The notes: generated by a model not told the origin, from the sequence alone. A DNA stretch of 64,000 bases from an uncultured delta proteobacterium (GCA_963754925.1 CAVWHX010000003.1:64001-128000); one strand, 5' to 3'; shown: positions 10,694 through 19,844, counted from the stretch's first letter. Program-made: numbers and translations.

Positions 10694-12274
10694 TCACCGC
10701 TGTATGACGGTTGCTTTCTGGACCTGCCGCGCGGAGGTTTGGATCTCTGCTTCGCTCAGGCCCGAGGAAAGTTGAACCCTAATAGAATCGCTCTGCCCGG
10801 TCTCGGGATCGCGGGCTGCAACATTGACGATGCCGTTTGAATCGATTTCGAAGGTTACTTCGATTTGCACCTCGCCGCGCGGGGCGCTGCGAAAACCCGA
10901 AAACTCAAACTCGCCCAGGAGAGAGTTTTCGTCGGCTCGATTCGACTCCCCTTGCAGGATGCGTATGCGCACCTTTTCCTGATTATCCCGCGACGTGGTG
11001 AAGGTGCGGGTGCGATCGATCGGCACGGGGGTGTTACGGGCGATGATTTGCTCGGTGTAGCCGCCGACGGTCGCGATGCGCAAGCTCAAGGGGGTAACAT
11101 CCAGCAGAAAGGCGTTGCCGGCCTCGGCCTGCAGCGCGTCGCCCTGGATGGCCGCGCCCAGAGCCACCACTTCGTCGGGATCGACCTCCGCCAGCGGTTC
11201 GCGGCCAAAGTAATGTTTGACCGCGTTACGCACGAGCGGCAACCGGGTTGGGCCGCCCACCAGTATCACCCCATCGACCTGGGCGACGGTCAGGTTGGCC
11301 GACTGAAAGGCTTCATCACACACCTTAAAGGTGCGCTGAATGAGATCCATGCTCAACAGGTTAAAGGTTTCTGATTCAATCAGGGTGGTGAAATCGAACA
11401 TGCGCCCTTGGGGGTTTCGGTAGATTTCGGGTATCTGGACCTTGACTCGATTCTGACGGCTGAAAGCTTTCTTGGTCTCCTCGGCCACATCGCGCAACCG
11501 CTGCAATGCAACCAGGTCACTGCGCAAATTGAAGCCGTGCTCCTTCGAGAATTGGTCGGCGAAGTAATCTATCAAGCGCATATCGATGTCGTCGCCGCCG
11601 AGGTAGGTATCCCCGGCCGTCGCCAAAACCTCGAACGTGTCGCCACCGATTTCCAGGATCGAAACATCAAAGGTGCCGCCGCCGAGGTCATAGATGACCA
11701 CCCGCTGGCTGATGTTTCTCCCAAAGCCGTAGGCCAGGGCCGCGGCGGTCGGTTCGTTGATTATCCGCAGGACCTCGAGGCCGGCGATGCGTGCGGCGTC
11801 GTGCGTGGCTTGCCGCTGATTGTCATTGAAAAACGCCGGCACCGTGACCACCGCCTTGGTAACACTGCGCCCGAGATAGGCCTCGGCTATCGCTTTCATC
11901 TCTTTAAGAACCAACGCCGAAATTTGCGGGATCGAGAGCAGCTCCTCGCGGACCTTGATACGTAGGCCCTGATTAGGTCCTTCGACAATCTCGTAGGCAC
12001 AAACCGCCTTGGCCTTTTTGACCTCCGGTGAAAAGATATGTCGACCGATGAGCCGTTTCGCCGAATAAATGGTCTCCTTGGGATGGGTGATCATCCGATG
12101 CTTGGCATCGTTGCCGACCTGGATTCGACCATCCTCTAAAAACGAGACCACCGAAGCGTGGGTCTTCTCACCCCACTCATTAGCGATGACCGCCGGTTGG
12201 CCGTTCTCAACTATCGCAACACACGAGTATGACGTTCCGAGGTCGATTCCTATCACTGGCTCGCGTGCCGGCAT
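10694..12274 (-). CDS. Hsp70/DnaK paralogue, short (526 aa, no alpha-helical lid)
   Basis: IGIDLGTS, TVPAFFND, INEPTAAALAYG, YDLGGGTFD, LLDVTPLSL and EVTFEIDSNGI. Ends shortly after GLSEAEI. Confidence 0.93.
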   Translation of the reverse strand: MPAREPVIGIDLGTSYSCVAIVENGQPAVIANEWGEKTHASVVSFLEDGRIQVGNDAKHRMITHPKETIYSAKRLIGRHIFSPEVKKAKAVCAYEIVEGPNQGLRIKVREELLSIPQISALVLKEMKAIAEAYLGRSVTKAVVTVPAFFNDNQRQATHDAARIAGLEVLRIINEPTAAALAYGFGRNISQRVVIYDLGGGTFDVSILEIGGDTFEVLATAGDTYLGGDDIDMRLIDYFADQFSKEHGFNLRSDLVALQRLRDVAEETKKAFSRQNRVKVQIPEIYRNPQGRMFDFTTLIESETFNLLSMDLIQRTFKVCDEAFQSANLTVAQVDGVILVGGPTRLPLVRNAVKHYFGREPLAEVDPDEVVALGAAIQGDALQAEAGNAFLLDVTPLSLRIATVGGYTEQIIARNTPVPIDRTRTFTTSRDNQEKVRIRILQGESNRADENSLLGEFEFSGFRSAPRGEVQIEVTFEIDSNGIVNVAARDPETGQSDSIRVQLSSGLSEAEIQTSARQVQKATVIQR

Positions 12275-12321
12275 CCACTAACCTCCGGTTGGCTGTCACC
12301 TTCGCCTGGTTACGACTCAAT

Positions 12322-12350
12322 AGTCTATGGTTCCGTTTACTGAGTGTCAA
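12322..12350 (-). promoter_or_regulatory. Putative sigma70 promoter of the dnaK-J-cvpA operon
   Basis: Minus-strand TTGACA (12350-12345), 17 nt spacer, TAGACT (12327-12322). Confidence 0.6.
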
Positions 12351-12443
12351 CTTTGAACCATCGATCTTCTTTCGCTAATTGAACATCGCTGCAACAACGA
12401 GTTATTCTGTGCTCAATGCTTTTGAAATGTATGGAGGTCTCCC

Positions 12444-12968
12444 ATGCTCAACCACGTGCTTCAGTGCATACAGGGCCGTCGCAGCGTTCGAGCCTATCTT
12501 CCGGACGACATCCCGAAAACAACCATCACGCAAATTCTAACGGCCGCCATATCGGCGCCCAGTGCCGGAAACACCCAATGTTGGTTTTTCTATGTCGTTC
12601 GAAATAAGAAATACCGCGCCGAGCTGTCTAAAGCAGCCTTGGGCCAACAATTTGTCGCTGCGGCGCCGGTGGTGATAGTGGTGTGCGCGGATCTGGAGCG
12701 GGCCGCCGCCAGTTATCGTAACCGCGGCGAGACTCTGTATTGCTTTCAGGACACCGCGGCAGCTATCCAAAACATGCTGCTTACCATCCATGCGCTGGGA
12801 TTGGGATCCTGTTGGGTGGGCGCCTTCGATGAGACGATGGTTTCAGACCTCCTTTCGCTCCCCTCTTCCCAACGACCGGTGGCCCTGCTACCCGTCGGTA
12901 AGCCAGCCGAAAAGCCTCGCTTTCCGGGTCGCCGTGACTTTTCAGCAGTGGTCCGCGAGGTCGAATAG
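12444..12968 (+). CDS. Nitroreductase family protein
   Basis: RRSVRAY, APSAGNTQ and QNMLL..HALGLGSCWVGAF; RBS GGAGG. Confidence 0.92.
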   Translation: MLNHVLQCIQGRRSVRAYLPDDIPKTTITQILTAAISAPSAGNTQCWFFYVVRNKKYRAELSKAALGQQFVAAAPVVIVVCADLERAAASYRNRGETLYCFQDTAAAIQNMLLTIHALGLGSCWVGAFDETMVSDLLSLPSSQRPVALLPVGKPAEKPRFPGRRDFSAVVREVE

Positions 12969-12990
12969 GTACCGCTGATCCATTAAATAA

Positions 12991-13022
12991 AGCCCAAAAA
13001 CTCCATGCGGGGTTTTTGGGCT
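12991..13022. terminator. Hairpin between convergent genes (probable terminator)
   Basis: AGCCCAAAAACTCC-atgc-GGGGTTTTTGGGCT forms a 14-bp stem between the nitroreductase and GH114 stops. Confidence 0.65.
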
Positions 13023-13069
13023 CCATCGAGGGCAGGAGGCTGCCGCGTGGGATAGTGAAAGGAAACTTT

Positions 13070-14527
13070 CTAGCGACAGGAAATCCTGAAGGCATCCAGA
13101 TCAAGATCCTTGATCAAGGTATCGAAATTGAGCGCGTTGGCCTGGGGGCAAACACTGGATACGAGGCTCTGAGTCCCGTATTCCACCTCGAATACCGCCT
13201 TACCCGCCTGAATGAACGGAAGTAAGGTATCGCATTCGCTATACTGAAAGCATTGCTCGTCGAGCATCCAATCAAAATACCCGACTAATTGCCCAACCTG
13301 ATCCACGTCATTCTTCAAACCGACGGATAGATTCCGATTGTGCGCTTGTGTAGCCAGGAATGTATTGTAATCAATCTGCGTGGCCGCTGTCAGCGGGAAT
13401 CCAGGATTGTTGGTGTACTCATCCACGTTGTCCGGCTCAAGCCCGTCACACTTCTTGCTGACTGCCAAATCCATCCGGGCCGTCATAATACTCCGCACCG
13501 TAGCATCCCGGGTGTCTATCCAGTTCTCACCAGCCCAGCCCTGAACAGCATTACCAATCGCTGCCGCGGGGAATTGATTAGCATCAGGTCGCCAATTCTC
13601 TCTTGTCCCGGCGCTTAGATAACAGATAACAATTATGCCATTGGAATGCAACAGGTCGATGGTGCTCTGGGGGGCATCAAAAAGATCGATATCGTACATC
13701 TTCACCGCCAATGAGGTATCGATAGTCCCGGTCAACTGCCACTGCCAACTCGTACCAGGGGCCGGATGCCAAATCGATCCGGTAGATAGTGGCGTTGGGG
13801 TCGGTGTTGGTGTTGGAGTCGGGGTCGGCGTTGGTGTCGGAGTCGGGGTCGGCTTTGGTGTCGGAGTCGGTGTCGGGGTCGGAGTCGGGGTTGATGTTGT
13901 GGTTACGCCTGTGCCTGACGCAGTCCCGCCATTGAACAAAACCGAGGCAGGAATCTGTTGACTATTAGATCCCGGCGTTCTCCATCGAATGGTGAGATCT
14001 CCGTCGCCAGTCTGATCTAGGTAGGCGAGATAAATAGCGTAATATCCGGTCCTCAAATATATCGACGCAGACTTAGTTTTACCAGTACTCCCCGCCGTGT
14101 TGTTGACGATAATGGTATTCGTATTGCCGATGGCGAGAACGGCGTCGTTCGTGGAGAGAATGCTAAAAATATAGCGCCCGCTCTTACTCGCGTTGATATA
14201 CCCCGAAAAGAGATAGCCGTTGTAGTCAGCAACAGTGGTCTGATCAATTGCGAAAGTTGAAACAATCTCTTCAGCGCTTGGGGTCAAAGAAAACAAATCC
14301 GAAGCAGAATCAGCTTGAACGTTGGAGAAAAGAGCCAATTGCAAACCAGAAGTCGGCGCGGTGAGAGTAACCGGCGATGGCCTTACATTAATCTGCACGG
14401 CATCAACCTCATCTTGCATCGACCCGCTGATAGTACCACCACAGGCGCACCACCATGCAGCACAGGCAGATAACATGCCTGGTAATAGCCATGAAAGGGA
14501 ACGAACTCGCCAGTTTTGTGGTCTCAT
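13070..14527 (-). CDS. Exported endo-alpha-1,4-polygalactosaminidase (GH114) with PA14-like domain and Pro/Thr linker; possible lipoprotein
   Basis: ATG at 14527 after AAGGAGG; signal-like N-terminus with Cys. PA14-like FSGYI..SGRYIFS..ND. C-terminal WQWQL, YDIDLFD, CYLSAGT.E.WRPD, DGLEPDNVD, GLKND and EQC match GH114 (Ega3-like). Confidence 0.88.
   Translation of the reverse strand: MRPQNWRVRSLSWLLPGMLSACAAWWCACGGTISGSMQDEVDAVQINVRPSPVTLTAPTSGLQLALFSNVQADSASDLFSLTPSAEEIVSTFAIDQTTVADYNGYLFSGYINASKSGRYIFSILSTNDAVLAIGNTNTIIVNNTAGSTGKTKSASIYLRTGYYAIYLAYLDQTGDGDLTIRWRTPGSNSQQIPASVLFNGGTASGTGVTTTSTPTPTPTPTPTPKPTPTPTPTPTPTPTPTPTPTPLSTGSIWHPAPGTSWQWQLTGTIDTSLAVKMYDIDLFDAPQSTIDLLHSNGIIVICYLSAGTRENWRPDANQFPAAAIGNAVQGWAGENWIDTRDATVRSIMTARMDLAVSKKCDGLEPDNVDEYTNNPGFPLTAATQIDYNTFLATQAHNRNLSVGLKNDVDQVGQLVGYFDWMLDEQCFQYSECDTLLPFIQAGKAVFEVEYGTQSLVSSVCPQANALNFDTLIKDLDLDAFRISCR
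13791..13892 (-). repeat. Coding (Thr-Pro)n linker repeat
   Basis: About 17 TP dipeptides encoded by synonymously varied hexamers inside the GH114 gene. Confidence 0.9.
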
Positions 14528-14576
14528 TTGCACCTCCTTAAATTGCTGGATTCTGCTGAAAAGAAACACCTGAAAG

Positions 14577-14607
14577 AATAGTGCAGCAAGGTTGAAAAAT
14601 GGGATCA
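14577..14607 (-). promoter_or_regulatory. Putative ECF-sigma promoter upstream of the GH114 gene
   Basis: Minus strand TGATCCC-atttttcaaccttgctg-CACTATT. The same two boxes occur upstream of the ECF sigma gene. Confidence 0.6.
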
Positions 14608-14689
14608 CGTTAAAACAAAATATTTTTTATTTAGATGAGAGGGAAAAAGTATTCAGGAACCGAGATAGGATTGGGGATGACGGGGGTAC

Positions 14690-16420
14690 TTACTGTTTGA
14701 TCAACCGCACAAAATGTATCTCCACGTCCCCTGCTCCGCCGTTGTAAATGCAGAAATCTGTTTGGCCGGGGAGGCTATTGTTAAACCAGCCGTCCTTGAT
14801 AATAAACGTTGCCGTCTTCTTTATGCCGGAATTTTGGCACACCACCGGTTCGGTCTTTTTTCGCCCCCCGTTCCCCGCATATTCCACCCACCACGCGTTA
14901 TCCCCCTGATCGAGGAAGGTGATCTGGAGCTCGACTGAAGCGCTCGTCTGGTATAAGAATTGGTCGTCGATATCAAAGTAAAGGTAATCACAACCATTCG
15001 CATGATTGGTTTTCCGTCCCTCGTACGATGTGCCGTTTCTCGCATCCCACACTTGGTCTTGCCGCTCGCTGCCCGGCTGGCTGATGCCGTCCGGCGCAAC
15101 GTCCCGCTGTACCAAAAATCGCTCCATATTTTTAAGCCAGGGGCTGCCGGTCCAGGAAACGGTGGTATCGTTCAACCAGAACGTGTCCTCATATTCTCGG
15201 AGAACGACCCAGGCATCTGGTGAATCGGCAGGTTTTTTCCCCAGCGAAAGTCTTGCATACTCCCATAGCGCCGGGTACACCTCGATATAGCTATGGAGAG
15301 GCAGAACGTGCAGGTAGTCCACCCGAAGTTGCAGGGTCTTCAGGACAGCCAACCTCACGCCGTATTCGGTATCGTTGGTTTTATAGCCGCAATCATTGAA
15401 ACAGGTGAGCTCGGCTACCACCGACCGCCCATTCTGGCGAATCGAAGCAGACTCATCAATCACCACGTGTCCGTCATTGGTAATGCTGGCCCCGCAGGAG
15501 GGCAACTGATTGTTATGATAGTTGAATAGCTCCGCATTGCTGATGCGAATGCCCATCCCGTACCTGACCGCATCTAGCGCCAAACCGTCATCATCCGGTT
15601 CCCACGGCCCGGCGGGATAATCTTTGCCGGTGTAGACGAGTTTATTGGCTTGATCGTCTGTCGGGTCCTGGTTTTCCCCGTTGAAAATGTTTACGAGATC
15701 ATACATGGCTTGTTGGAACCAACTATTGAATGTCGAAAAAGTTAAGCCGTAGTTCTGGGCCGCTTGGGTTATGACGTCAAAATCGAACTCACACCAGGCA
15801 AAACCTCCGGGAACCCAGAGAAAACGAAAGTCGGGATTGGAGCGCAGGTTCCAACGAATCGGGCGGTCAGTGCCAGGCGGGTCAGTGCCAAAAACCTGGC
15901 GCATCATTTCTAGGTAGTAACCCCAAACGCACGGGTCCCACAACGGCAGGTGCCCTTCTCCATTGTAGTCAGTCCCAATAGCGCTGACATTGCATTTATC
16001 GATCACCCACTGGGGAGCCCAGTCTACCCCGGTTGCCCAGATACGCATCCAAAAAGGCCCCCCGTCGCTTAACTGATCCTCTAGCGAGCGCATCGACTCA
16101 TCTTCGGCGTAACCAGTCTCAGCCTGGCTAAAAACGCCTTCTTCCGGATTTATCTGTCGCCAGGTAACCTGAACCGCCCGCATGTCAATGTTCAAATCAA
16201 GCGCGGCTTCTTCGCCCACCAGGCCAGCGTCCGAAGATGGTTGGACCCCGCTTGGGAGAGACCAATCGTAGCCATCCACTATTTCAACTAATTCAGCTTG
16301 GCCGGGTGGAATGTCATTGATGGATTTTTGCCGAGGCTTAAAATCAAAAACGCCGCATCCTGCGGGGCCGACGAGCAGACTCAGTAAGGCAAGTCCACCC
16401 AATAAACCCTTGAGGAACAT
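14690..16420 (-). CDS. Putative lipoprotein glycoside-hydrolase-like protein (TIM-barrel-like core plus C-terminal beta-sandwich)
   Basis: Lipobox-like LVGPAGC. VTWRQINPEEGVF, APQWV and PLWDP resemble GH42/clan-A-like N-termini. Aromatic- and acid-rich. C-terminal YLYFDIDD...ITFLD...DF.I...IHFVRL is CBM-like. Confidence 0.5.
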   Translation of the reverse strand: MFLKGLLGGLALLSLLVGPAGCGVFDFKPRQKSINDIPPGQAELVEIVDGYDWSLPSGVQPSSDAGLVGEEAALDLNIDMRAVQVTWRQINPEEGVFSQAETGYAEDESMRSLEDQLSDGGPFWMRIWATGVDWAPQWVIDKCNVSAIGTDYNGEGHLPLWDPCVWGYYLEMMRQVFGTDPPGTDRPIRWNLRSNPDFRFLWVPGGFAWCEFDFDVITQAAQNYGLTFSTFNSWFQQAMYDLVNIFNGENQDPTDDQANKLVYTGKDYPAGPWEPDDDGLALDAVRYGMGIRISNAELFNYHNNQLPSCGASITNDGHVVIDESASIRQNGRSVVAELTCFNDCGYKTNDTEYGVRLAVLKTLQLRVDYLHVLPLHSYIEVYPALWEYARLSLGKKPADSPDAWVVLREYEDTFWLNDTTVSWTGSPWLKNMERFLVQRDVAPDGISQPGSERQDQVWDARNGTSYEGRKTNHANGCDYLYFDIDDQFLYQTSASVELQITFLDQGDNAWWVEYAGNGGRKKTEPVVCQNSGIKKTATFIIKDGWFNNSLPGQTDFCIYNGGAGDVEIHFVRLIKQ

Positions 16421-16442
16421 TACGACACCTCCATCGAATAGT

Positions 16443-17465
16443 TCAGAAGGACCAACCTATGGACACTATTCCTTCTACTACTATAGGCGATATAGTCCTG
16501 GCTGTTTGATCTTCGAGTCGAAAAACGATGTGTGGCAAGAGCGCACCCACCCGAATTCCCGCCAGTAATTGGAAGCGCTCACTGAAGATCCAACCCACCC
16601 TACCGCTCAATCCAAGATAACCTTTCCAGGTGGTGCGCCTTTGGGCGTCGTATGCATCCGAAGCCGCCAGGTCTGACCATATAATAAAAGCCCCTCCGCC
16701 CACCCCGAGAGCCGGTCTTAACCTATCCCACAGTTTCCAGTTCACAAACAACCAAAGGGAGGAGCTTGCATAACCCAACGAGAACGATTCTCCCTTGGCC
16801 TTAACTGTTGGACCCCACGGGGCGGTATTGAGAACCCATTCCAAGCTCAATAGAGAACTAACCCTTCGATCCAAACTCAGCTCCACGCCAGGACGAACAG
16901 AAAGACCATCCGGAGCAAAGACCCCCATTGCGCCGAGCGAAAGCCACCAAGCGCGCTCGGCGGTTGCGAGAGCGGACTGCCTCGGCGGAGGCAACCCCAA
17001 TTCCAAAAGGCAAACATCGACGGCCTCGCTGATACGTAACGCGATCATCGAAAGGGCCTTGCTGCCAACAGTGTCCTGCAGGGAAAAGCGTTTTTCAATC
17101 GACGTTCCCTTCTCTGGATGTCGCGCCCACAGCTCGACCTCTCCCTGATCTTGGGCAGGAAGACGACTAATCTTGATGCCCGACACCGCGTTTTCCCTCA
17201 GAACCACTTCCCCCAGGGAAAATGAGTCAGCCGCCGCTTCTTCCAGTTGCAGGATGCGAACGTCATAGCCGAGAAAGCGAAGCTCGGCTTCGGTTTTGCG
17301 CTCGACCGCCGGCCACGCGTTCTGGGGACAACAGGATTCCAAACTGACTATCACGACGGAAATCCTCTTGTCTTTCGCCGCTGCTTCTGCCGCAGCAAAA
17401 GTCACCCCCAGAAACAAGATTAACGGCCCAAGCATCCAGGGGTGCTTGGATAGCTGAAAATACAT
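16443..17465 (-). CDS. Exported protein with N-terminal alpha/beta domain and C-terminal small outer-membrane beta-barrel
   Basis: Signal peptide ending AAAEAAA; C-terminal half of alternating hydrophobic strands ending IGWSF (terminal Phe). Confidence 0.55.
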   Translation of the reverse strand: MYFQLSKHPWMLGPLILFLGVTFAAAEAAAKDKRISVVIVSLESCCPQNAWPAVERKTEAELRFLGYDVRILQLEEAAADSFSLGEVVLRENAVSGIKISRLPAQDQGEVELWARHPEKGTSIEKRFSLQDTVGSKALSMIALRISEAVDVCLLELGLPPPRQSALATAERAWWLSLGAMGVFAPDGLSVRPGVELSLDRRVSSLLSLEWVLNTAPWGPTVKAKGESFSLGYASSSLWLFVNWKLWDRLRPALGVGGGAFIIWSDLAASDAYDAQRRTTWKGYLGLSGRVGWIFSERFQLLAGIRVGALLPHIVFRLEDQTARTISPIVVEGIVSIGWSF

Positions 17466-17467
17466 AC

Positions 17468-18874
17468 CTATTCAATAACAGATCTGGCCAGAAAGGTAAA
17501 CATTCCATTCGGATAACGCTGCAGGTAGGTTTTGGCCGCCTCTTGGGCTTCATGCTTTTGACCGAGATGTTGGTATACGCTGACAAGTCGCCCGAGAGCT
17601 TCTTCAGCGAGCGAGCCGTCCGGATCTTCGCTCAAATAGGTCGTAAACCAACGAACCGCGACCTTGGAATCCTGGCTCTGTTGCATGGCAAGGCGACCGA
17701 GGAGATAGGCTGCCACCCGCGCATGCCAAGAAGAGGGAAATCGCTCTCGAACAGCCACCAGTACTTCATTGGCTTCTTTATCCTTTTTGGCGTACCGCGC
17801 CGCTTCTGCCAACCGCCATAGTTCCGGAAGATCCAGCGCCAACAACCAATGTTCCCATCCAGATTTCTTTACTAAAGCCATTACCTCATTGTAACGACCT
17901 TGATCGAACAAGGCCTCCCAGTCATCGGAAGGGCCCTTCATAGGGGATCCTAATGATGATGTTCGATAGGCAGGCGAAAATGATGAACCGCCCGAGGAAG
18001 AATAAGATTCCGGGATAGCAGTCGAACTAAAATTCTCGTTGTTGACCCGAGAGGTATGATGTATCCGTCTCTTGCCGATCGATCCCGGATGGTAATGTTC
18101 CTTGGTAGAAAGCTTGCCGGTTTCGGGCAAAGCCTGGCGATCTGATCCCGTATCGGAAGTTACCTCGGGGGTATCCTCACTATCTGACGTGGAGGATGAT
18201 TCAACGGGTGAAGATAGATTCGAAAATGTCGTCTGGCCGTAACTGTCGATAAGAAATTTTTCACTCGCCGATACCACGACCCCTGCCTCGCCGAGAGACG
18301 GCCCATTAACCTTTACCCGACCCTCCCATACGGTCACTTCGAGCTCCGCCAAAGAACGCTGCCACTGGACCGAGAACCGTGTTCCGATATCGCGGATCTC
18401 GTAAGGGCCGGCCGTTACCATCCATCGTTTTGCTCCTTTGCTCAGGACATCGGCCCTGAGGGTTCCCTCGTCTAAAAAGACCTCCACGCTTCGTTTGGTG
18501 GAAGCAACTACGCGAGCACGCGTTTGACCCTGTAACGTTAGTGCGCTCCGATCGGCAAAGAGTATTGGAAGCGACTGCTCTTGCGTGGATTCCAACCATT
18601 GGCCTTCCATGCCGATTGCTTTGTTCGCCCCGACTTCAAACGAAAGTGAACCATCATACGGCACGAAGACCCATAAACAAATCAACGCCGCCCCTACCGC
18701 TGATACTGCGGCAACGGATGCCACCCAGCCTTTCCAATGAACTCGACGCGGAGCGGAAAGCAGTGGGAGAAACATCTGTCTGTGGCGTGCCAGTCTTCGT
18801 TCCCCACAGCCATCGCCCATCTCGTGGGCGAGAGCACGCACCAACGTTTCCATATCGTTCATGTCTAGTCTCAT
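17468..18874 (-). CDS. FecR-domain anti-sigma/sensor with C-terminal TPR domain
   Basis: One TM segment. FecR-like core FADRS.L.L...LDEG.L...VTAGPY....GTRFSV.W....VTVWEGRV.V. Ser-rich linker, then TPR-like YLSEDPDG.LAEEAL and YLQRYPNG. Confidence 0.8.
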   Translation of the reverse strand: MRLDMNDMETLVRALAHEMGDGCGERRLARHRQMFLPLLSAPRRVHWKGWVASVAAVSAVGAALICLWVFVPYDGSLSFEVGANKAIGMEGQWLESTQEQSLPILFADRSALTLQGQTRARVVASTKRSVEVFLDEGTLRADVLSKGAKRWMVTAGPYEIRDIGTRFSVQWQRSLAELEVTVWEGRVKVNGPSLGEAGVVVSASEKFLIDSYGQTTFSNLSSPVESSSTSDSEDTPEVTSDTGSDRQALPETGKLSTKEHYHPGSIGKRRIHHTSRVNNENFSSTAIPESYSSSGGSSFSPAYRTSSLGSPMKGPSDDWEALFDQGRYNEVMALVKKSGWEHWLLALDLPELWRLAEAARYAKKDKEANEVLVAVRERFPSSWHARVAAYLLGRLAMQQSQDSKVAVRWFTTYLSEDPDGSLAEEALGRLVSVYQHLGQKHEAQEAAKTYLQRYPNGMFTFLARSVIE

Positions 18875-18941
18875 GGTTTTACTCTTTCGCCTCCACCGGT
18901 GTTCAACAACTCTTGACGGCAGTTAGCCGTTCCCATCATGA

Positions 18942-19610
18942 TCAGGCATAGTCACGTATCCATTCAGTAAATAGCGGCTCGTTCTTGGCGAGCTCATACA
19001 ACAGCTTTTTACCCGATTGAAAACGCCTCTTGGCCGTCGGAACCGAAATCTGGCACATCGAGGCGATTTCATTCAACGTGTAGCCCTCCATTAAGTTCAG
19101 CAGCAACACGATGCGCCGCTCGACTCCGATTTTCTCCAGCAATTCGTAAAATCTTCGAATGGCAACGCCTTTTTCCGGAGTGGAAGCAGCGACCTCGTTG
19201 TTTGAATAATCGGGCACAAAGTGAAATAATTTCCTGAATCTCCTTCTGTGTATTTCACGCCGGACGGTATTAATGACCACTCCGGTTATCCACGATTTGA
19301 GTGAATCAGGGGTACGCAAACTTTTGATGGACTCCAAGATATTCACGTAAACTTGATGCACCACATCATCATGTTCGGAATCAGCTCCGAGCAACCGCCA
19401 AACCAATTGGCTGATAAGCCGTCCATATTTCTGATGAAACATAGACGCGGCGTTCGGATCGCGCTCAATGAGACCCTGGACTAAGAAAGCAGGCATATCG
19501 CTATTCTGTTCCAATTCGGGACTGTTGTCCAGGTCGTCGCTGAATCCGGATTCGAACGGTTCTATACTCTCCTGCATTCCTTCCATCATGAGCAATCCTA
19601 TTTGAGCCAC
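18942..19610 (-). CDS. ECF RNA polymerase sigma factor
   Basis: Region 2 EHDDVVHQV..SWITGVVIN and region 4 EGYTLNEIA..QISVPTAKRR. The start codon is uncertain (GTG 19610 or a nearby ATG). Confidence 0.9.
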   Translation of the reverse strand: MAQIGLLMMEGMQESIEPFESGFSDDLDNSPELEQNSDMPAFLVQGLIERDPNAASMFHQKYGRLISQLVWRLLGADSEHDDVVHQVYVNILESIKSLRTPDSLKSWITGVVINTVRREIHRRRFRKLFHFVPDYSNNEVAASTPEKGVAIRRFYELLEKIGVERRIVLLLNLMEGYTLNEIASMCQISVPTAKRRFQSGKKLLYELAKNEPLFTEWIRDYA

Positions 19611-19622
19611 ATCCTCAACATT

Positions 19623-19652
19623 AATAGTGATGCGAGCTCGGTTTTGGGATCA
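19623..19652 (-). promoter_or_regulatory. Putative autoregulatory ECF promoter
   Basis: Minus strand TGATCCC-aaaaccgagctcgcat-CACTATT directly upstream of the sigma gene; matches the motif at 14577-14607. Confidence 0.6.
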
Positions 19653-19844
19653 AAAAAAAGTAAAAAATACAGTGCATTGAAATAATACAAGCGGGTTGAA
19701 AAATAAATACCAGGTATTTTTCTACAGGTATCTATTTTCCTTTTATTTCTCTATGCACTTACCCAACCCTAGGTTAAAATAACGCATAATTACCATTCCT
19801 GTCAATTATCGGGAATTACTACCCTCACCCATCAAAGAGTTATG

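Noticed and set aside
13791..13892. Short tandem repeats as a CRISPR or VNTR
   Set aside because: In-frame Thr-Pro linker with synonymous variation and no spacers.
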